From contig NZ_JALNWM010000001.1 in the NCBI RefSeq assembly GCF_023230885.1, positions 1 to 46,164 of the forward strand: 46,164 nucleotides of DNA, given 5' to 3'. Position numbers and translations under genes: made by a program. Position 1 is the stretch's first letter. Each line of letters begins with the position of its first letter. This document shows, piece after piece, positions 44,388 through 46,164 of this stretch. A model generated the notes under the pieces. The model searched no databases. It was not told the origin of the DNA and worked only from the letters and a program-made list of their open reading frames with translations. The stretch is from Desulfocurvus sp. (lineage in GTDB: Bacteria > Desulfobacterota > Desulfovibrionia > Desulfovibrionales > Desulfovibrionaceae).

Positions 44388-45386
44388 CTATCTGAAGGAC
44401 TTCAGGTAGGCGTACAGCGCCGGGGAACCGCCGGTGTGCAGGAACAGAACGTTCGAGCCCTCCGGGAAGTACTCCTTGCGCACGAGGTCCACAAGCCCGG
44501 CCATGGCCTTGCCGGAATACACGGGGTCGAGAAGGATGCCCTCGGTGCGGGCCAGCAGCTTCACGGCCTCGACCATGGAGTCGGTGGGGATGGAGTAGCC
44601 GGGGCCGACGTAGCCGTCGAAGCAGGTCACGGCCTCGGCGCGCAGTTCGCCCCGCAGGCCCACGCGCTCGGCGGTGGCCCGGGCGAGCTTGAGCACCAGG
44701 GCTTCCTGGTCGGCCTTGGTGCGGCTCACGTTGATGCCCGAAACGGGGATGTTGGCGTTGCAGCCTTCCATGCCGACGACGATGCCTGCGTGGGTGCCAG
44801 CGCTGCCGCTGGGCACGACCATGTGGTCGATGCGCAGGCCCATTTCGAAGAGCTGCTCCAGGGTTTCCTGGGCGCAGGCCACATAGCCCGTTGCGCCGAT
44901 GGTGTTGGAGGCGCCGCCGGGGATGATGTAGGGCTTGCGGCCTTCGGCGCGCAGCTTGTCGGCCAGGGCCTGCATCTCGCCCAGCATGTTGGAGCCGCCG
45001 GGGACCACGGTGATGCTCTTCACGCCCATGAGCTGGAAGAGGAAGTTGTTGCCGGAGGATTCGGGGTCGTAGCTGCCCTTGACGCGCTCCTCAAGGACGA
45101 GGTGGCAGTCCAGCCCTTCCTTGACGGACCAGGAGAGGGTCAGGCGGCAGTGGTTGGACTGCACGGCGCCGCAGGTGATGATGGTGTCGGCGCCCTGTTC
45201 GAGGGCGTCGGCCATGCAGAAGTCGAGCTTGCGGGTCTTGTTGCCCCCGGCGCAGCCCGGCAGCAGGTCGTCGCGCTTGATGTAGACGTTGACCTTGCCG
45301 CCCAGGGCCTTGGAGAAGGCCGGGCACGCCTCGATGGGCGTGGGGCCTTGCAGGTAGCCGCGGCGGGGGAAGATGGCCAGGTTCAT
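44388..45386 (-). CDS. dcyD: D-cysteine desulfhydrase / cysteate sulfo-lyase family PLP enzyme
   Basis: IKRDD...GGNKTRKL (PLP lysine), QSNH, PGGASN, SGSAGT, LDPVYSGKA, HTGG. Confidence 0.88.
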   Translation of the reverse strand: MNLAIFPRRGYLQGPTPIEACPAFSKALGGKVNVYIKRDDLLPGCAGGNKTRKLDFCMADALEQGADTIITCGAVQSNHCRLTLSWSVKEGLDCHLVLEERVKGSYDPESSGNNFLFQLMGVKSITVVPGGSNMLGEMQALADKLRAEGRKPYIIPGGASNTIGATGYVACAQETLEQLFEMGLRIDHMVVPSGSAGTHAGIVVGMEGCNANIPVSGINVSRTKADQEALVLKLARATAERVGLRGELRAEAVTCFDGYVGPGYSIPTDSMVEAVKLLARTEGILLDPVYSGKAMAGLVDLVRKEYFPEGSNVLFLHTGGSPALYAYLKSFR

Positions 45387-45503
45387 GACAACTCCTTGGT
45401 TCGAGGTTGATGCGGGTCGGCCGGGCGCAGGGAGGCCGGGGGGGCCGCCCGCCTGCCTGAGGGGGCTGCGGCTCGGCGGGCGGCGGATTCCCCGGTGGAT
45501 CCC

Positions 45504-45893
45504 CTAGCGTCCGAGGGTGAATATGGCTTCCACTTCGATGTTGCTGCCAAGGGGCAGGGCGGCGACCTGGATGGCGCTGCGCGCGGGATGGGGCTGCCCG
45601 AAGAACTCGGCGTAGACGGCGTTGACGGCCTTGAAATCAGCAAGATCGGTGAGGAAGACCGTGGTCTTCACCGCATGGGCCAGGGAACATCCGGCAGCCC
45701 GGGCAACGGCGTCCAGGTTGCGGAAAACTTGGCGGGCGCGGTCCTCGATGCCTGCGTCGAGCAGGGTTCCCGTGTCGGGGTCGATGGGGAGCTGGCCCGA
45801 GGCGAAGAGGAAATTCCCGGCGACGACGGCCTGGGAATAGGGGCCGATGGCGGCCGGGGCACCCTGGGTGCAGATGGCTTGCTTGGCGGACAT
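45504..45893 (-). CDS. ridA: RidA family enamine/imine deaminase
   Basis: PAAIGPYSQA, SGQLP, VKTTVFL, N..YAEFF, PARSAIQV..LP, VEA; AGGAGG RBS. Confidence 0.95.
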   Translation of the reverse strand: MSAKQAICTQGAPAAIGPYSQAVVAGNFLFASGQLPIDPDTGTLLDAGIEDRARQVFRNLDAVARAAGCSLAHAVKTTVFLTDLADFKAVNAVYAEFFGQPHPARSAIQVAALPLGSNIEVEAIFTLGR

Positions 45894-45920
45894 GCTGCCT
45901 CCTGTGTTTTGCCGACTGTA

Positions 45921-45936
45921 TAAATGTCGACATTTA
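45921..45936. promoter_or_regulatory. Perfect 16-bp palindrome TAAATGTCGACATTTA, candidate GntR operator
   Basis: Lies 28-43 nt upstream of the ridA ATG; AT-flanked GT-N-AC core as in GntR-family operators. Confidence 0.7.
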
Positions 45937-46115
45937 GTCTCTTGAGAAAAGGGCTACGTTATTTATGGCACAAGGTCAAGGAGGGGGAGGGGCATTTTGT
46001 TTCGATTTCAGGGCGGCTGGTCCGAAGGGCCGGAGCCGGGGCGTGGCGTGGCTTTCCGGCCGCCCTTTGCCCGCCCCGGCCGTGCCCGCGCGGCCGCTTG
46101 CTGCCTTCCTGTTGC

Positions 46116-46163
46116 GGGATCCAAGGGCCATTGGCCCTTGGCGGGTGCAGGGCGGCGCCCTGC
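46116..46163. repeat. Twin-hairpin REP-like extragenic element (possibly truncated by the window edge)
   Basis: GGGAT-CCAAGGGCC-ATT-GGCCCTTGG, then GGGT-GCAGGGC-GGC-GCCCTGC. Confidence 0.4.
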
Positions 46164-46164
46164 C

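Overview
This is a GC-rich chromosomal window from a sulfate-reducing deltaproteobacterium (gene content is Desulfovibrionaceae-like). I saw no mobile element, tRNA, rRNA or CRISPR array. From left to right: (1) A ten-gene minus-strand cluster around a 907-aa Mop-type molybdopterin aldehyde oxidoreductase. It includes MoeA-like, XdhC and MocA-like maturation genes, plus a translationally coupled module of unknown function: a flavin/Fe-S/CCG oxidoreductase, a small 2xCxxC protein, an ArsM-like methyltransferase, a C-GCAxxG-C-C protein, a Tes/GDGT-MAS-like radical SAM enzyme and a PaaK-like CoA ligase. (2) A divergent ModE-type winged-helix regulator. (3) A selenocysteine-containing, Tat-exported formate dehydrogenase operon (fdhA with in-frame TGA and SECIS, fdhB, fdhE, small lipoprotein). 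The mop and fdh leaders share a TATGCT-N6-AGCATA palindrome. (4) A polar amino-acid ABC transporter followed by ablA-ablB (N-epsilon-acetyl-beta-lysine osmolyte synthesis) and a YitT protein. (5) A hybrid kinase/CheR/CheB/diguanylate cyclase module with no MCP or CheA. (6) A CDF transporter, then bioF, an unannotated esterase and bioC. (7) A SWIM-SNF2 helicase, an orphan peptide-binding protein and rel/spoT. (8) ridA, a D-cysteine desulfhydrase/cysteate sulfo-lyase-like enzyme, an NhaC-family transporter and GntR, with a perfect upstream palindrome. All calls are from motif recognition by eye; no searches were run.
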